From positions 62,001 to 126,000 of the forward strand of contig AP026125.1 in assembly GCA_030295235.1 (NCBI GenBank): 64,000 bases of DNA, written 5' to 3'. Below the pieces are notes generated by a model, which was not told where the DNA came from, did no database searches, and saw only the letters and a list, made by a program, of their open reading frames with translations. Source of the DNA: Fistulifera solaris. Lineage: Eukaryota. Within the stretch, counting starts at the first letter, position 1. Every line of letters begins with the position of its first letter. Positions 1-12,017 of the stretch are shown in pieces. Both the position numbers and the translations under genes were made by a program.

Positions 1-1
1 C

Positions 2-166
2 CTAGTTGAAACAGCCTACAAGCGTAAAGTGAAAGAACTACACGATAAGCGGTATCGCTGGAGCAAGTTGCATGAAAACGCGGGCCGAGAGTTACTCGAG
101 CTCGATCCCAGTCGCAAGATTCCGTCGCTTCCGCCACTGTTAGCACCTTCCTTTCTTAGACGGTAA
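2..166 (+). CDS. 3' end of hypothetical protein, tandem paralog of 1194..2006 (partial, runs off window)
   Basis: Frame 2 reads LVETAYKRKVKELHDKRYRWSKLHENAGRELLELDPSRKIPSLPPLLAPSFLRR*. This aligns with the C-terminus of 1194..2006 (VELGYKRKIKRLHDKRYRWSMMHEHAGRELRELDPTFVTPSLPPLF). Confidence 0.8.
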   Translation, partial: LVETAYKRKVKELHDKRYRWSKLHENAGRELLELDPSRKIPSLPPLLAPSFLRR

Positions 167-1193
167 ATTCTAAGATAAAACTTGATTTTACCGCAACACC
201 TCTTTCATGACTGGTAAAGATCAGTAGTACTCTTGATCAGCCTTAGTTAAAAGTCGAAGGCTCTAGAGAGAGACGCTAGTCGCCAGTGTACCAGTCTAGC
301 AGGTGACAGGTGACAGGTGACGACTGACTTGGCAGCTTTTCAGAATGTTCAGAGCAGAGAAAGTTACTATCTGGTTTAGAATAAGTTGTTTCGCCCTAGA
401 ACATCTGAACGGATGTTACGTTATTGTCTTAACATAGTATCCTAGGAACCTTAGAATAGATTTCACCAGTTTCTTACACATGCTCGAGTTTAAACGTCAG
501 ACCCAGTGCATTGCATGTGAATTTGCTGCGTGGCTAAATTGCTTCAACAATGAAAGGGTGGTGCGTGTTGGCTAAAACGGTTTTGGTGCGCGACTAAAAC
601 GGAAGCGCACAGAGCACAGAGCACTATTTATCTTTTATCTAACGTCTTACGCGACCCGTGAAACCGGGACCCGTGTATCGCTGACAACTGACAAGGCAAC
701 TGCGACAACTGACAACGAACAATATTTCTATCGAAAAGAAGCATGACTGACAATGAATGGTTTTACACTAAAAGTCTAAAGTTGCATACTCGTTGTTACA
801 GGTTACAGCAGCTGCTAGTTGCTAGTATCAGCTGTAGAAAAGGATGGACTTGTACGGCTCACTCCTCACTCCTCACTCTGTCACCGGTTTTCAATAGCCG
901 GGATCCGAATCCAGGACTCAACGCCAAGCGCGGATTTTTTCCACTGGTTTACTGGTTGAGAAAATTCTCCGCAGTGTCACAGACATAGATTGTATCTGCA
1001 TCGGCTGTACAAATGACTGGGCGATAAACATTTTGCCAGTTCTATCGTACGTGACACGCAACCAATAAGTTATTTCAGTATTCTTTCGTTCTCTCGTAGT
1101 CTTTGTTGTCTCGTGACTTGATGCATCTTTTGGGTTACTTCATTATTTTCCAACAACAAAGGGATCAACATCAGCCATAATTACGCAAGCAGC

Positions 1194-2006
1194 ATGTCAA
1201 ACGCCGTATCCTACCCAGCTCACCAAGTTTCGAGTATGCATGGTTTCATGAAGAGCAAAGGTGCAGTTGAATCCTCCGCATTTCCCGGGACCATGAATTT
1301 CGTCGTTCCTTCCTCTCGTGTTGCGAGCAAGTTTGTTCATTGGCATGATGTGACGAATATTCAAAACGATGCAATGTGTATTGATGATAGAAAGTCGGTT
1401 CGAATCTCTCCCAATCGCCTCTCTTTGAGGAAAGCCTTGCGGTCTTCACGTCCAGTGGATGCTGCGGGAAAATTGCCTCCACGACCCCCTTCCCGATCAA
1501 CGGACGACAAGTGCCTTACTTTCATCCCCAAACGTATTCGTTTTGTCGACGACGATGACTCGGATGAAGGCTGCAGCCCGCGTAAGGTGGACACTGAGCA
1601 TGCCAGAAGTGCCCGCAAGACATCTCTGTTGCGTGAAATGAAAGATTTGGAAGGGAAGATACAAGAAGCCGTCGGTAACGAGCTCAAATACCTTCAAAGT
1701 CTCTGTGAAACGCTCCAGACACGAATGCGTTGCGAAGAAAAGCTGCAGAAAGCCGTACTGCGGAGACCACGGGCGGTTGATAAAGACGCCAGTGCTACGC
1801 TGGAAAGCTACATTTCCCATGCCACAGACAAAGTCACCAAAGCCACGCAAGTCGAACTAGGTTACAAACGCAAAATCAAAAGATTACATGACAAGCGTTA
1901 TCGCTGGAGCATGATGCATGAGCATGCTGGTCGCGAGCTTCGAGAGCTCGACCCGACGTTCGTCACTCCGTCACTGCCTCCTTTGTTTGCTCTTTCCTTC
2001 TTCTGA
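1194..2006 (+). CDS. Hypothetical protein (coiled-coil C-terminus), member of tandem pair
   Basis: 270-aa ATG ORF. The C-terminus is conserved with the upstream paralog at 2..166. Confidence 0.75.
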   Translation: MSNAVSYPAHQVSSMHGFMKSKGAVESSAFPGTMNFVVPSSRVASKFVHWHDVTNIQNDAMCIDDRKSVRISPNRLSLRKALRSSRPVDAAGKLPPRPPSRSTDDKCLTFIPKRIRFVDDDDSDEGCSPRKVDTEHARSARKTSLLREMKDLEGKIQEAVGNELKYLQSLCETLQTRMRCEEKLQKAVLRRPRAVDKDASATLESYISHATDKVTKATQVELGYKRKIKRLHDKRYRWSMMHEHAGRELRELDPTFVTPSLPPLFALSFF

Positions 2007-2052
2007 ACCTTGATCAAAATAACATATCTTGTTCATAAACATTAACCTTTGT

Positions 2053-3102
2053 TTAATAAAATGTCGTGCGTACGCGATGATGCGGTCTCAATTTTCCGGC
2101 ATCGTTCAACTGTTCTCCCAATTGCCACAAATACCAATCGACCGATACAGCCGTCCATTGCGATGATTCCGTTTCATTCAACTGTTGCACCAATCGATCG
2201 ACCACGACGACGGTCGCGGCCCGAATCGCCCATTCCGCCGGACATTGTGCCGGAATTTCTTGTAAGGCATCGATGCGTGCAGCCAGTTGGGGATGGTACT
2301 GCAACACGTTCCGATCGCGCAACAATTGCGGCAATCGATAATCGGCAAACGTCGTGAGTTCTTCCATATTGTTCCAACTATTTAACTGCAACGCCGCGTG
2401 CCAATCACCAACACAAATTTGGGCCCGTTTTAAAAACGCACACGCGTCCAAATAATCACGAAATCCGGGAAAATACTGCACCAATAAGTTGACGGCTTGC
2501 ACGGCCGAGCCGTTTGCTTGTTCAATGAGATTCCAAGCGGATCCTTGAAAGTGTTGCAACAAGACCGTTCCGACTTCCGTCCATAAACGACATCGTTCTT
2601 CGAGTAAGGGAATGCTTTTCCCGTTGGCACACAAGATTTGTTCGACTTTTGGAAGAGTCATGTTCGCCAATTGCGTCGCCGACAGGGCGTACTCGGAGGA
2701 CAAACGGTCGGGCGTTTGTTCTTGTTGCGTGTGATCGGCTTCTGCGGCTTTCGTGAGATTGGTCGCCAAGTCGCAGTATTCATACTTGTCCGAACAAGGC
2801 CAAAAGCAAAAATTGACCGCATCGAGTGCCAAGATATAGAGGGCGATGCGTTCGTTCCGGACCGACCAATGTCGGGGAGGATTGTAATGCCATTCTTCTT
2901 GATCCCACGTCACGAGTTCTTTCTTTTCTTTCTGCAAAGCTTGCTTCTGAATGTCGTGAACGAGTTCTTGAAGATGATCGGACGAAATGGTCACCAGCTC
3001 TTGTTGTTGACAGTAACGATGACACGATTCTCGTACTTTTTGACACCAATTTTCGTTCTCCGGATCGTTCGCCGCAGCAGAAGGAGGAACCGGCGTAAAC
3101 AT
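2053..3102 (-). CDS. QNG1: Queuosine 5'-phosphate N-glycosylase/hydrolase (queuosine salvage, DUF2419/C9orf64 family)
   Basis: Motifs LDAVNFCFW, FPGFRD, FLKRAQI, TTFADYRLPQLL, VDWYLWQ and C-terminal HHRVRTTFY. Confidence 0.92.
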   Translation of the reverse strand: MFTPVPPSAAANDPENENWCQKVRESCHRYCQQQELVTISSDHLQELVHDIQKQALQKEKKELVTWDQEEWHYNPPRHWSVRNERIALYILALDAVNFCFWPCSDKYEYCDLATNLTKAAEADHTQQEQTPDRLSSEYALSATQLANMTLPKVEQILCANGKSIPLLEERCRLWTEVGTVLLQHFQGSAWNLIEQANGSAVQAVNLLVQYFPGFRDYLDACAFLKRAQICVGDWHAALQLNSWNNMEELTTFADYRLPQLLRDRNVLQYHPQLAARIDALQEIPAQCPAEWAIRAATVVVVDRLVQQLNETESSQWTAVSVDWYLWQLGEQLNDAGKLRPHHRVRTTFY

Positions 3103-3725
3103 GGAAGAGATGGTTAGTTAATGAGAGTCGATTATTGATGATTCTCATGTGTGTTGGCGTTGAAATGAGAAAGAAAATTTTTCTCGAGCAACCCAAAAAT
3201 GTGCGGTTGCCGATTGCCGATAACGTCTTGTTCGGCTGCCATCCACTCGTGACTCGGTCCGCCAGCTCGTGACCGACCTGGACTTCGGACGTTGAAGTTT
3301 TCGGAAGTCCTTCAACAGATTGATCGATACAGACTGCAAATAGACACGACACGGGACACCGGTACTCTATTGTAATTACTCTGGGTCATTTAGAAAGTAC
3401 AATTTCCCATACTACGTTGTAGGAATACTCTTAACGTGTATACGCCTTCAAAGACCACAGATTTTTCTGTAGGCTAGTAAGTGGCACCTGGCATCCACAT
3501 GCAAATAAATCATTCGGGGGTCCTTTTCGCAGAGCATGACTTTTTTTTGTTGCGCTCGATCTCATTCCTTTCTAAAATCCGTGCAGTGATTCCAAGATCA
3601 CGCTTTCCTTTCTTTTTTTCTTCTACGAATAGTCTCTTTAAAGTTACATGATTTGAAGATGTGCCGTTAACTGCATTCCTTGACTCGAAAAAAAGAAACG
3701 AGCGTCAAACGACAATATTTTCGCA

Positions 3726-5825
3726 ATGCCTTCGACGCGACGCAAAAATCATCATCGTTCCCAGGAAGCGTTACCGCAATCCTTGCGACAAGTACGACCG
3801 CACAACAAAAGCAAGAATCATCAATCACATGATTTAACCGAAGATTCGGGATTCTTGTCGGGTGCGTCTTCTTTCTTCGAGGAAGAAGAAGCGCCCCGTC
3901 GTCGCGGCGTTCGTCCGCAACCATCGACGACTTCGGGTCTGACATTTGCCATGGTGTCGAGTCAAGACGAAGATGATTCGTCGACAAGTTCGTCTTCGGA
4001 GGCACTACATGATACATTGACGTCGTTAACACTGTCACAAGCGTTTTTGCAAGAACAACAATTCAGTACGTTTGAAATTGATCCTCCGCGTCCTTTAACG
4101 CACACCCGCCGCAACGACCAAGCCTCTGTTGAGGAAGCGTCGCTGCCCGGCACCACCATGGAACAAAAGGCGTGGGCGGGAGTCGAAGCCGTGTTGCGAC
4201 AAAGTTCCAACAGTGTGCATCGAGAAGATGTCTTGTCGCCGGATGTCTTACGGGCGTTGGAAGAGGATTCGCATGCGACCTTGGGAGCCGCGACGACTGT
4301 TTATACCGAACCTCGACCCAGAAATAATGAAGAAGAATCATTCACAGCATCTCCGACACGAGGATTGACGGGATATTTGGGTCGATTGACTGAAGTGAAT
4401 AACCAACAAATGCCGGAATTGATGAATGCTAGTTTTTCGTCGTTGCAAACGGATTTGCAGTCGGTGGTCACAAAAATGACGAATGATCAAGAACAGATAC
4501 TGCAAGAATTCATGCGAGTGGCTTTGCAAGATAATGGAAATGTCATGGATTTGTTTGCTTGGACGCTGCAGCAAGCCGGAAAAACGGAAGAAGCCAAGGA
4601 TCCTCCGGGGGAGACAAAAGAAATGAATCAATCATTCGTGTTCCACCAGGATTTCGTCGAAAGTGCTCATTTGTCGGGAGCAGATTTGCAAAACGAACAA
4701 GTGCGAGAGTTAGTAAACGGGTCTTCGAACAACAAGGCTGCCTCGAAAGCTGTCCGCGAAAGCAACCCTCGAGCTCCACAATCGCCGAGGCAGCAGCGGA
4801 AGTCAAAAAAGCCTTTGTCATCCTCATTGACGCAATCCAAAAATAACAATCCTTCCACTCGTAGAACACGTAGTTCATCGCCGACAAAATCACGCGGACG
4901 CTCGCCGAACAAAGTTCCCGAAAAGATTCAGCGGAACGAAAATGCACCGAAACGAAAAGTACGGAGAGATAATGCCAAGAGCAAACATTGGGGCGATTGT
5001 TCGCAGGAAACCTTGCCCATTGACTTTGATGCTAGTCTACCGAGTGGGGATCCGCAAAATATAGTGACACGACAAAGTGCTTTACCACAGTTTACGCCAT
5101 TTGAGGAAGAAAATCCTTTCTTTTCTCCTCCAGAATTCAAAAATGCAAAGGCAGTCGCAACTCCCAAGAATCGGATTCATTGGCCAGCTCTCCTTGTCGT
5201 GTCACCCACTGAAGAGAAACTCAATAGCTCTCTGCCGAGTCTCGTTACTATGAACGAAACGGAATTGTCGCAAGTGGAAGAAGCACAAGCTAGAAAGTGG
5301 GCATCGTTTGGTGATTTGGGACTCGATGAAATGTTTCGAGACGAGGATGTTACCAGACCGTCGAATCCATTGCCGAAACGTCGCGTCGGACGTCGACGAA
5401 GTCGCTTTCACCGGGCGAATCAAACCAAGCCCATGCCGAAAAAGAAAGTCGTCAGCCGTCCCGTAGAAGAAGCACCAGCTCCTATTGACGAAGAGAACGG
5501 AGTCGAAACCTTTGTGAGTTATTTTCGACCAGAAGAAGAGATGTCTCCGTCGCCAAGTCCTCGTCCGGTACAGCCTTCCAGTGGTCTTTTTCAACGTTTT
5601 CTTCTTGGTACACGAAAAGATCGAAAAAAGACCATGGAGTCGATTGACAAAAGCGGACCGTTGTCGAAGCTAAAAAAGGGTATGGGATCTCTGCTATGTC
5701 GCAATAAGAGGGGCTTTTCCACTCCAAATGCGGGAAGAATTGATACCGGACACAGGGATGCGCAATTTTATCCGGACATGGATGATGATCGAGACGAAAG
5801 CGGATACGGAAACTTGCTTGACTGA
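3726..5825 (+). CDS. Hypothetical low-complexity/disordered protein (699 aa)
   Basis: Long uninterrupted ATG ORF, S/E/R/K-rich, no recognisable domain. Confidence 0.7.
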   Translation: MPSTRRKNHHRSQEALPQSLRQVRPHNKSKNHQSHDLTEDSGFLSGASSFFEEEEAPRRRGVRPQPSTTSGLTFAMVSSQDEDDSSTSSSSEALHDTLTSLTLSQAFLQEQQFSTFEIDPPRPLTHTRRNDQASVEEASLPGTTMEQKAWAGVEAVLRQSSNSVHREDVLSPDVLRALEEDSHATLGAATTVYTEPRPRNNEEESFTASPTRGLTGYLGRLTEVNNQQMPELMNASFSSLQTDLQSVVTKMTNDQEQILQEFMRVALQDNGNVMDLFAWTLQQAGKTEEAKDPPGETKEMNQSFVFHQDFVESAHLSGADLQNEQVRELVNGSSNNKAASKAVRESNPRAPQSPRQQRKSKKPLSSSLTQSKNNNPSTRRTRSSSPTKSRGRSPNKVPEKIQRNENAPKRKVRRDNAKSKHWGDCSQETLPIDFDASLPSGDPQNIVTRQSALPQFTPFEEENPFFSPPEFKNAKAVATPKNRIHWPALLVVSPTEEKLNSSLPSLVTMNETELSQVEEAQARKWASFGDLGLDEMFRDEDVTRPSNPLPKRRVGRRRSRFHRANQTKPMPKKKVVSRPVEEAPAPIDEENGVETFVSYFRPEEEMSPSPSPRPVQPSSGLFQRFLLGTRKDRKKTMESIDKSGPLSKLKKGMGSLLCRNKRGFSTPNAGRIDTGHRDAQFYPDMDDDRDESGYGNLLD

Positions 5826-5996
5826 TTTTTTGGGCTGTAAAGAAATGTCTTAACGGAGAATTATTATGTGTAAGGTTGCCAAGGGGAATTCGTCGTTTGT
5901 GGAGTTAAATGAACGTCGTTGGATTTCATCACAAAGCTACTGCTCATGCTAAGAAAGGGGAAATTGTCGTAATGCTCTGAACTTTCTTGGTCGCTA

Positions 5997-8023
5997 TCAC
6001 AGCCTTTCTTTACACCTGGTGGATCTTTCGCGCCTCGCGACTTTTTCCCGCGGCAATTGCTGACGTGTTCGGTTGGCGAGCATAGCTCTTCTATAGCTCG
6101 CGGACTGGAGTAACCATCTGAAATGACATTTTTGAGGGAGGATCACGTTTCTTTTCTTCCCTTTCTTTCTTGGGCTTTTTACTGCCGCCTCTACTTGATA
6201 ATAGTTCTTCCAACCGCGACATGTCCCCGCTACTTTTGTGTTGGGTGCTTCTCGATAACGAACGGCCTCGACTTTTACGGCGGTTTTTCGAGCGAAGACT
6301 TGATTGGGATGTCGTGGAACTTCGCGAGACATCACTTTTACCATCTACTTGTTTTTGACGTTGATTTTTTGATTGGACGCGCGCTGAGTCGTCGCCAGCA
6401 TTTTTCATGGATCGCGACGTTTGCGAGCGACCAGATGCCACACTTTTTCGTCGACAGCAGCTTTTATGGATCGCGACTTTTGCGAGCGACCAGATGCCAA
6501 ACTTTTTTCGTCGCCAGCAGCTTTTACGGATCGCGACGTTTGCGAGCGACCAGATGCCACACTTTTTCATCGGGCATGTGCTGGCGGTATATCGACTGCA
6601 TGCGTCCTTTGTCATCATCGTGCTGGTTAGGTCCCGCTCGTGTCGTTCCGGATCGATAGGACTTCGCGCTTGCAACATCAAGATCTGGACTTGCGTAGCA
6701 CGTTTTGTCACCGTCAGCTGTACGCGAAGTCAAGGAATGCTTGGAGGCCACACTGGCCTTAGATTGAACGCTTCTGGTGTCCATTTCTTGCTGTCTAGGT
6801 ACCGATCTCGAACGCGACGAACGTAGGAGACCATACTGTCATCGTCTCGACTTTGACAGTAGCTTTTTAATGACATGCTTGTTGATTTAATGCTTTGGCC
6901 GTGGACCTGTAGCGGTGTTCGAGGGCGTTTGGAGTCCAGGCTTCTATCATCATTATTGCAACGACGAGGTTTCGATCGCTTAGAATGAACGGAACTGCTG
7001 CGACTATTTTCGGAATCAGCAGTCATTGCGTTCTCACCTCGGTTACTTCTCTCCAATGAACTTAATGAACGCTGGAGTGGATGATTTCCAGCCGTACGAT
7101 TCCTTTTGCATTCGCCCGTATCATGAAAGTCATAATCAATGCCCTCGGATCGCACTATCGATCTTGCACTCTTGTCGCTGTTTGCTACGTTTTCAAATAA
7201 TGTCTTTCGCAATCCGTGAGGGGATGATTTCGAGCGCTTTTTCAACAAGCATTCTTCGTCGGGAAACACAGAGAGCTCGCTGTTATTCAATGTAATCTCT
7301 CTGTTGCTATATCCTATAACAAATTTTCCATCTTCGGGAATCGGGTAGTCGCGTCGCGTGTCATAAATCTGAGCAGGAATTGGTTCATCTCTCTTCACCA
7401 CGATAATTTGGTCCAGTAAATCGGCTTCACTAGATAGTCGTAAATGAGGATTTTGTCGGATAAAAGTGATCGGAAAATGTTTCAACGCTCTGCTCACGAA
7501 AGTAAAAACGAAGCCACCTGCTACAGATCTAGACCCAGTCCTACTTCGACCGTCGCAGCGTCTTTTGTCACCGTCAAAAGTTTCCGGACGGTGTGGCTCG
7601 GAAGTCTTGTCAGAAGTGGCGTTGGTTCGCCCGTTGAGTTCCTTCCGCGAGTGCCCTTTTGGTTGCCGTTCGGCCTGGCTCTTTTGTTGCGAGATGAAGA
7701 CGCTTCGTGTTCTTGAGGGACCTCGCCTCGCATAACTTCCCTGTACACCTACTCGGAACGATGGGCTTCTTGATGCTGCCCTGATCATACCCCAGGCTTA
7801 CTTGGTCGCTTGTTAATCGCCTACTGGAAAGTTTGGGAGCATATTTCCAGCGAATAGTAGCCATTCCCGATCTATCGCTGTTATATTTGCCGCACAAGGT
7901 GTCCCCCTTCTGATCGGGGTTAGTCTCAGCTCGATATGGCTGGGGCTTCATGTTCAAGGCTATCATATTTAAATCTTTGTTGACATGCTCGTAATGCCTT
8001 TTACTTGTAATAATGTCGTTCAT
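5997..8023 (-). CDS. Hypothetical S/R/K-rich protein, fragmented by frameshifts (ends approximate)
   Basis: Overlapping minus-strand ORF pieces (7610-8023, 6730-7788, 6524-6784, 6091-6711) of similar composition. Contains a 20-aa repeat KSVASGRSQTSRSVKAAGDE. Confidence 0.5.
6388..6568. repeat. ~60-bp tandem repeat, ~3 copies (coding, 20-aa unit on minus strand)
   Basis: GGATCGCGAC(G/T)TTTGCGAGCGACCAGATGCCA... recurs at about 6409, 6468 and 6528. Units differ by T5 versus T6. Confidence 0.9.
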
Positions 8024-8544
8024 TTTTCTTTTCTTTCATCAACTTCTCTCGTCCTCGTGCTAAATCTAAGCAAGACTGGAGCGCAAATTCTTACTTAAGC
8101 CAATGGGAGTCGGAGCGCGACTCAAGAATTTTCCGCTTTAAGGCAACTATGTTCAACTCCGATGGTCGGACGCCCTCCTAGCCACCTACCTGGTAATAAT
8201 TCTAGTCTGTAGATCTAGAGAGAGGTCTAGTTCAATTTTCATTCATAGCTTTCATTACATTTGCTGACGGGCACCATGAACCATGACGGATTCTGGTGTA
8301 CAAGCCGTCAGTCGTGGCTTGTGCTCCTGGCAACGATTGCAAGGATCAAGATGATTGTATAAGAACAAAAATTTGCTGTAAATCATGAATACCTAATTAT
8401 AAATCATAGCGTCCAATACCCTACTAAACATGAAACAAGGAGATCTAACAGTCCGTGACCCAATAGAAACGCGAAATCGCTTGGTACAGAAGGCTAAATT
8501 GATTCAATTCGGCAACAAAACAAAGGAGCCCTTGGACGCTAACA

Positions 8545-10698
8545 TCACCTGCCAGGAGAGACACGCCTTTTACGGCGAGTTCCAACTGACTTCGAGCGAC
8601 CTCTATATTCTCGGACCTGGGGTTCCTCTTCTGCTGGTTTTTCTTCTTTCTCATAATCCACTGCTATACCCGGAGGGTCACTTCTCCTTATGGACCTTCC
8701 TCGCCGACGAGTTCTGTGCGTCGACGCATCGTCCAAGTCCCCTGAACGACGGCGGCTGACACTCCTCGATGATCTCGACCGTGAAGACGCTACTGTTCCG
8801 CTGTCATCAACACGACGGCGAGAGCGACTGCGATGCTGCGACAAACTGGGTCGATCGTCGCTTCTCCCCCGGCTCTGACTACGAGTAGCAACGCTCTTGT
8901 CGTCGCTACTTCTTTGGCGGGGACGGGGACGACCTCTCTCGTCTTCTTCGTTACGACCAGACTCACTTCTCTTCGGTGGCGAACTGCTTGTCTCACCTTC
9001 GCGGCGACGGCGACTTGATTGTGATCGCACCTCTTGCGAAGATGGTACAGTCTTCCTTTCACCGTTTCGGTCTCGACTTGGATGTTGGCTCCCTGTGGTG
9101 TCCTCTCGCTCGCGACGGGCTGATCGTGAACGAGTTTTGTCGTGATTGCTTTTTGACCGCTGTCTTGGTCTGTCGGTGTCGCCATTTGGTCGAGAATCAT
9201 CCGGTCGAGGGGTGCTTTCGGTGCTCTTTCGATGACGACTTGAAGAGCGCTTTCGTGAGCTACTATCGCACGAGTCGGATCTCTGTCGATGCGGAGTATT
9301 TCGTCGGACACGAAGATCGTCCATTTTGGTCTTAGTCTCTCGGTGACGTTCACTGCTTGGCTCATTAGGCTGTGCCTCGTCGGTGATGATGGGTTCAATG
9401 TTAGACTCGTCTGCTGGCGGGTCGCTACCATCACTTTTCCCTTTGAAGTTGACCACATACGATGCCGCATAGGCAGGAGCCATCACAGTGGCTCTTGCCG
9501 TCTTTGTAGCCGTGACTGTGGCTTTACTGGCAAGCATGACGCCAACCTTGGCCGTCTCCTTCGCCCTCAATGCCCCTACCTTTGCCGTCTCCTTTGCTTT
9601 ATAGGCGAGTTTACGAAATGATCTCGAAAAGTAGCTTGCTTGTGAGTGGCTACTGCTTGCAAGTAAATCATCTTTCGATCTGTCCTGACGCTTGCTAGGC
9701 TTTCGAACAGGTCCTCGTAAGTCCTGAAATGCGTCCTCATTCTTTAAGGATTGTCGTATTGAATCAATCAGCTCATCTCTCCGATGAACAGCCGTCTTTG
9801 AAGCTTCTTTGGGTTTCGCTGAATCCGTTTTATCCCACAAGTTTGATATCCGCTCGGTATCATCCAATCCAGACTCAGAAGAATCCTTATCATTTGTTGT
9901 GGGGAGTGCACTGCTCTTCGCGCTATCTACGTTGGCAGTTTCCTTCGATAGGAGAGATTTGCTAGACGTGGGCTTTCGCTTGTCACCGGTAAAAAAGCTA
10001 GAAATACTGGCCGTCTTGACGAACCTTGAGCGCAAAGATTCTCCGTGATTAGATGTCGACTTGATCTCCCGAGGAGGTTGTGCAGTGGATGATTTCCTCG
10101 GATTGAATGCTTGATTAAAGCCACCATGAAACGAATTCCACCGTTTGTTCACCTCAGCGATCGTTCTCGTTCCGGTTTCTTGGACAGGGCTCGCTTCTTG
10201 AGTCTCATCTAAACTATCGGATGATTCTTTTGGAAAAGATTGTTGATTTTCACCGGAGGAAGCCACTGTTTCTGCTGGTGCAACATTCGAACTGGAAATG
10301 TTGGCACTCGTCAAAGAACTTTCAAACACATCGCACAAATCCAGCGAGGCTTGATTTTTCCATTGAAAATTATCGGGAAACTCTACTTCTGTGTCTTTCG
10401 CATCCAAGTGACTCTCTTCTGCTTCCTTTTCGGGCTCCTTCTTCACCGTGCCCCTTACTAATCGGCTATCGGAGTTCCCTCGACGTAAACTAGAGCGCGT
10501 GTTGCCATTAACCCTGCGTTGCGGCCTCTCTCTTGCTTCTCTTCTACCTTCACGTTTTAGGGGAGACCCAACTTTCTCGGGAAGCGCTTGAATACTGTCA
10601 GTGGGTTGGTGAAGTGTGGCAGATTGTTTTTCTTTCAAACCGCGTTGCTGCTGATCGCTTTCCATCTTCTCGGATTCCTCCTCTTTTCGTGACCCCAC
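8545..10698 (-). CDS. Hypothetical SR/RS-rich low-complexity protein (true start possibly ~11089 across frameshifts)
   Basis: 717-aa ORF with S/R-rich C-terminal half. Upstream overlapping ORFs 10635-10946 and 10712-11089 may be its N-terminus. Confidence 0.65.
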   Translation of the reverse strand: MGSRKEEESEKMESDQQQRGLKEKQSATLHQPTDSIQALPEKVGSPLKREGRREARERPQRRVNGNTRSSLRRGNSDSRLVRGTVKKEPEKEAEESHLDAKDTEVEFPDNFQWKNQASLDLCDVFESSLTSANISSSNVAPAETVASSGENQQSFPKESSDSLDETQEASPVQETGTRTIAEVNKRWNSFHGGFNQAFNPRKSSTAQPPREIKSTSNHGESLRSRFVKTASISSFFTGDKRKPTSSKSLLSKETANVDSAKSSALPTTNDKDSSESGLDDTERISNLWDKTDSAKPKEASKTAVHRRDELIDSIRQSLKNEDAFQDLRGPVRKPSKRQDRSKDDLLASSSHSQASYFSRSFRKLAYKAKETAKVGALRAKETAKVGVMLASKATVTATKTARATVMAPAYAASYVVNFKGKSDGSDPPADESNIEPIITDEAQPNEPSSERHRETKTKMDDLRVRRNTPHRQRSDSCDSSSRKRSSSRHRKSTESTPRPDDSRPNGDTDRPRQRSKSNHDKTRSRSARREREDTTGSQHPSRDRNGERKTVPSSQEVRSQSSRRRREGETSSSPPKRSESGRNEEDERGRPRPRQRSSDDKSVATRSQSRGRSDDRPSLSQHRSRSRRRVDDSGTVASSRSRSSRSVSRRRSGDLDDASTHRTRRRGRSIRRSDPPGIAVDYEKEEKPAEEEPQVREYRGRSKSVGTRRKRRVSPGR

Positions 10699-12017
10699 TC
10701 GTCACTATCGTCTAGTTCATCGCGTTTGGAGGCTGTTTCGTCGAAGAGAACCGAAAGAAACGAATGCAGCGAATCGTTCGGAAGAGAGCTCCCCGCATCG
10801 GAGCCTTCTTTGGGATTGTCATGCACAACAACATTGAGTAAATTGCGTCGCGGGGAGTGTTCTCCTTCCACGTCTTCACCAAAGCTAGCTTCCGTAGCGC
10901 TTCCGTCCTTACGGACGATTCGACAGACTCTTCTTTCGTGGAACAAGGTGTCTCGTGGACCTCATGCGCTGAATCAGTCATCGCTACTAGATTGTTGCTG
11001 GATGATGTTGTATTACAGAAGCTCTCCATATTGACTACAGTTGGGAAGACTGCGTCGAAAGGTCTGTCGCTACAAGTCAGTTCGCCCATGTTTCCTTTAT
11101 TCGAAGGCAGTGAAGTGTTTCATAAGGGGGGAAAGGGAACAAAGCGTTCGACAACGGCGACGAGGCACAACAACATACGCGCAGTCGATAAACTCGTTTT
11201 ACTTCGTTGCGCCTTGTTTCGGCGCCCCGCGCATGCCCCGCGAACCGCGAAACACCGAACGCCGACCGTCTGACCGAAAATCCCAATACACTTTCATTGG
11301 CTACTTTTGTTTCTATTGTAGACACAGGTCTGATGCCTTTTTCGAACAGTATTGTACAAGACTTTTGAGCTTCTTGACAGAATAGAGATGGGCGCGATTT
11401 TCTATAAAAGTTAACTATTACTCCGTACTAAACAAAGAGCTGACGGAAGAGTACAAAAATACGAGAGTGTCTGAGTCGTGATTATTACAAATTTCTCGTT
11501 GTCTTCGGTCTTTTTGAATCAATGCATCTTCATTGGGAATTTGGACAATAAACTATGAAGAGGCTGTTCACTTCCTTCGTTTTCACTCCACTCTCCACTA
11601 TGTCTATCCCTCGTTTTCATACTACGTAATATTTCACACTTTCGCTGAGGTTCGGGATTAGTGACTGAAAATTTGAGTCGGCAAAGCGCAGTCATGGTCA
11701 TCCCGTGACGTTTGACCATGTCGCCCTGCGATCCTCGGCTATGAGCTATGAGCTACATTGTAAATCAGACTTTATTGCAACACTCACTTTCCACTTTCCA
11801 CCGCTTCGAAGACACCAATCATTCGCTCGGTAACCGAGACGGAGTTATTCCCGTTCTTTCGTTCAAATAAATTATAATAATATTGAAACGAGGTTCGGGG
11901 ATTCGGAGAGATGGGCGATTACAAGGTATCAGTGAGATGATATTATTTGCTCCTTATGCTATCCGGACTCACTTTTCTTCATCTCCTCGACCTTTTCAAA
12001 AGATAGAACCTGCAATC

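Noticed and set aside
6388..6568. 60-bp repeats as a CRISPR-like array
   Set aside because: No unique spacers, eukaryotic context, no cas genes; it is a coding 20-aa tandem repeat.
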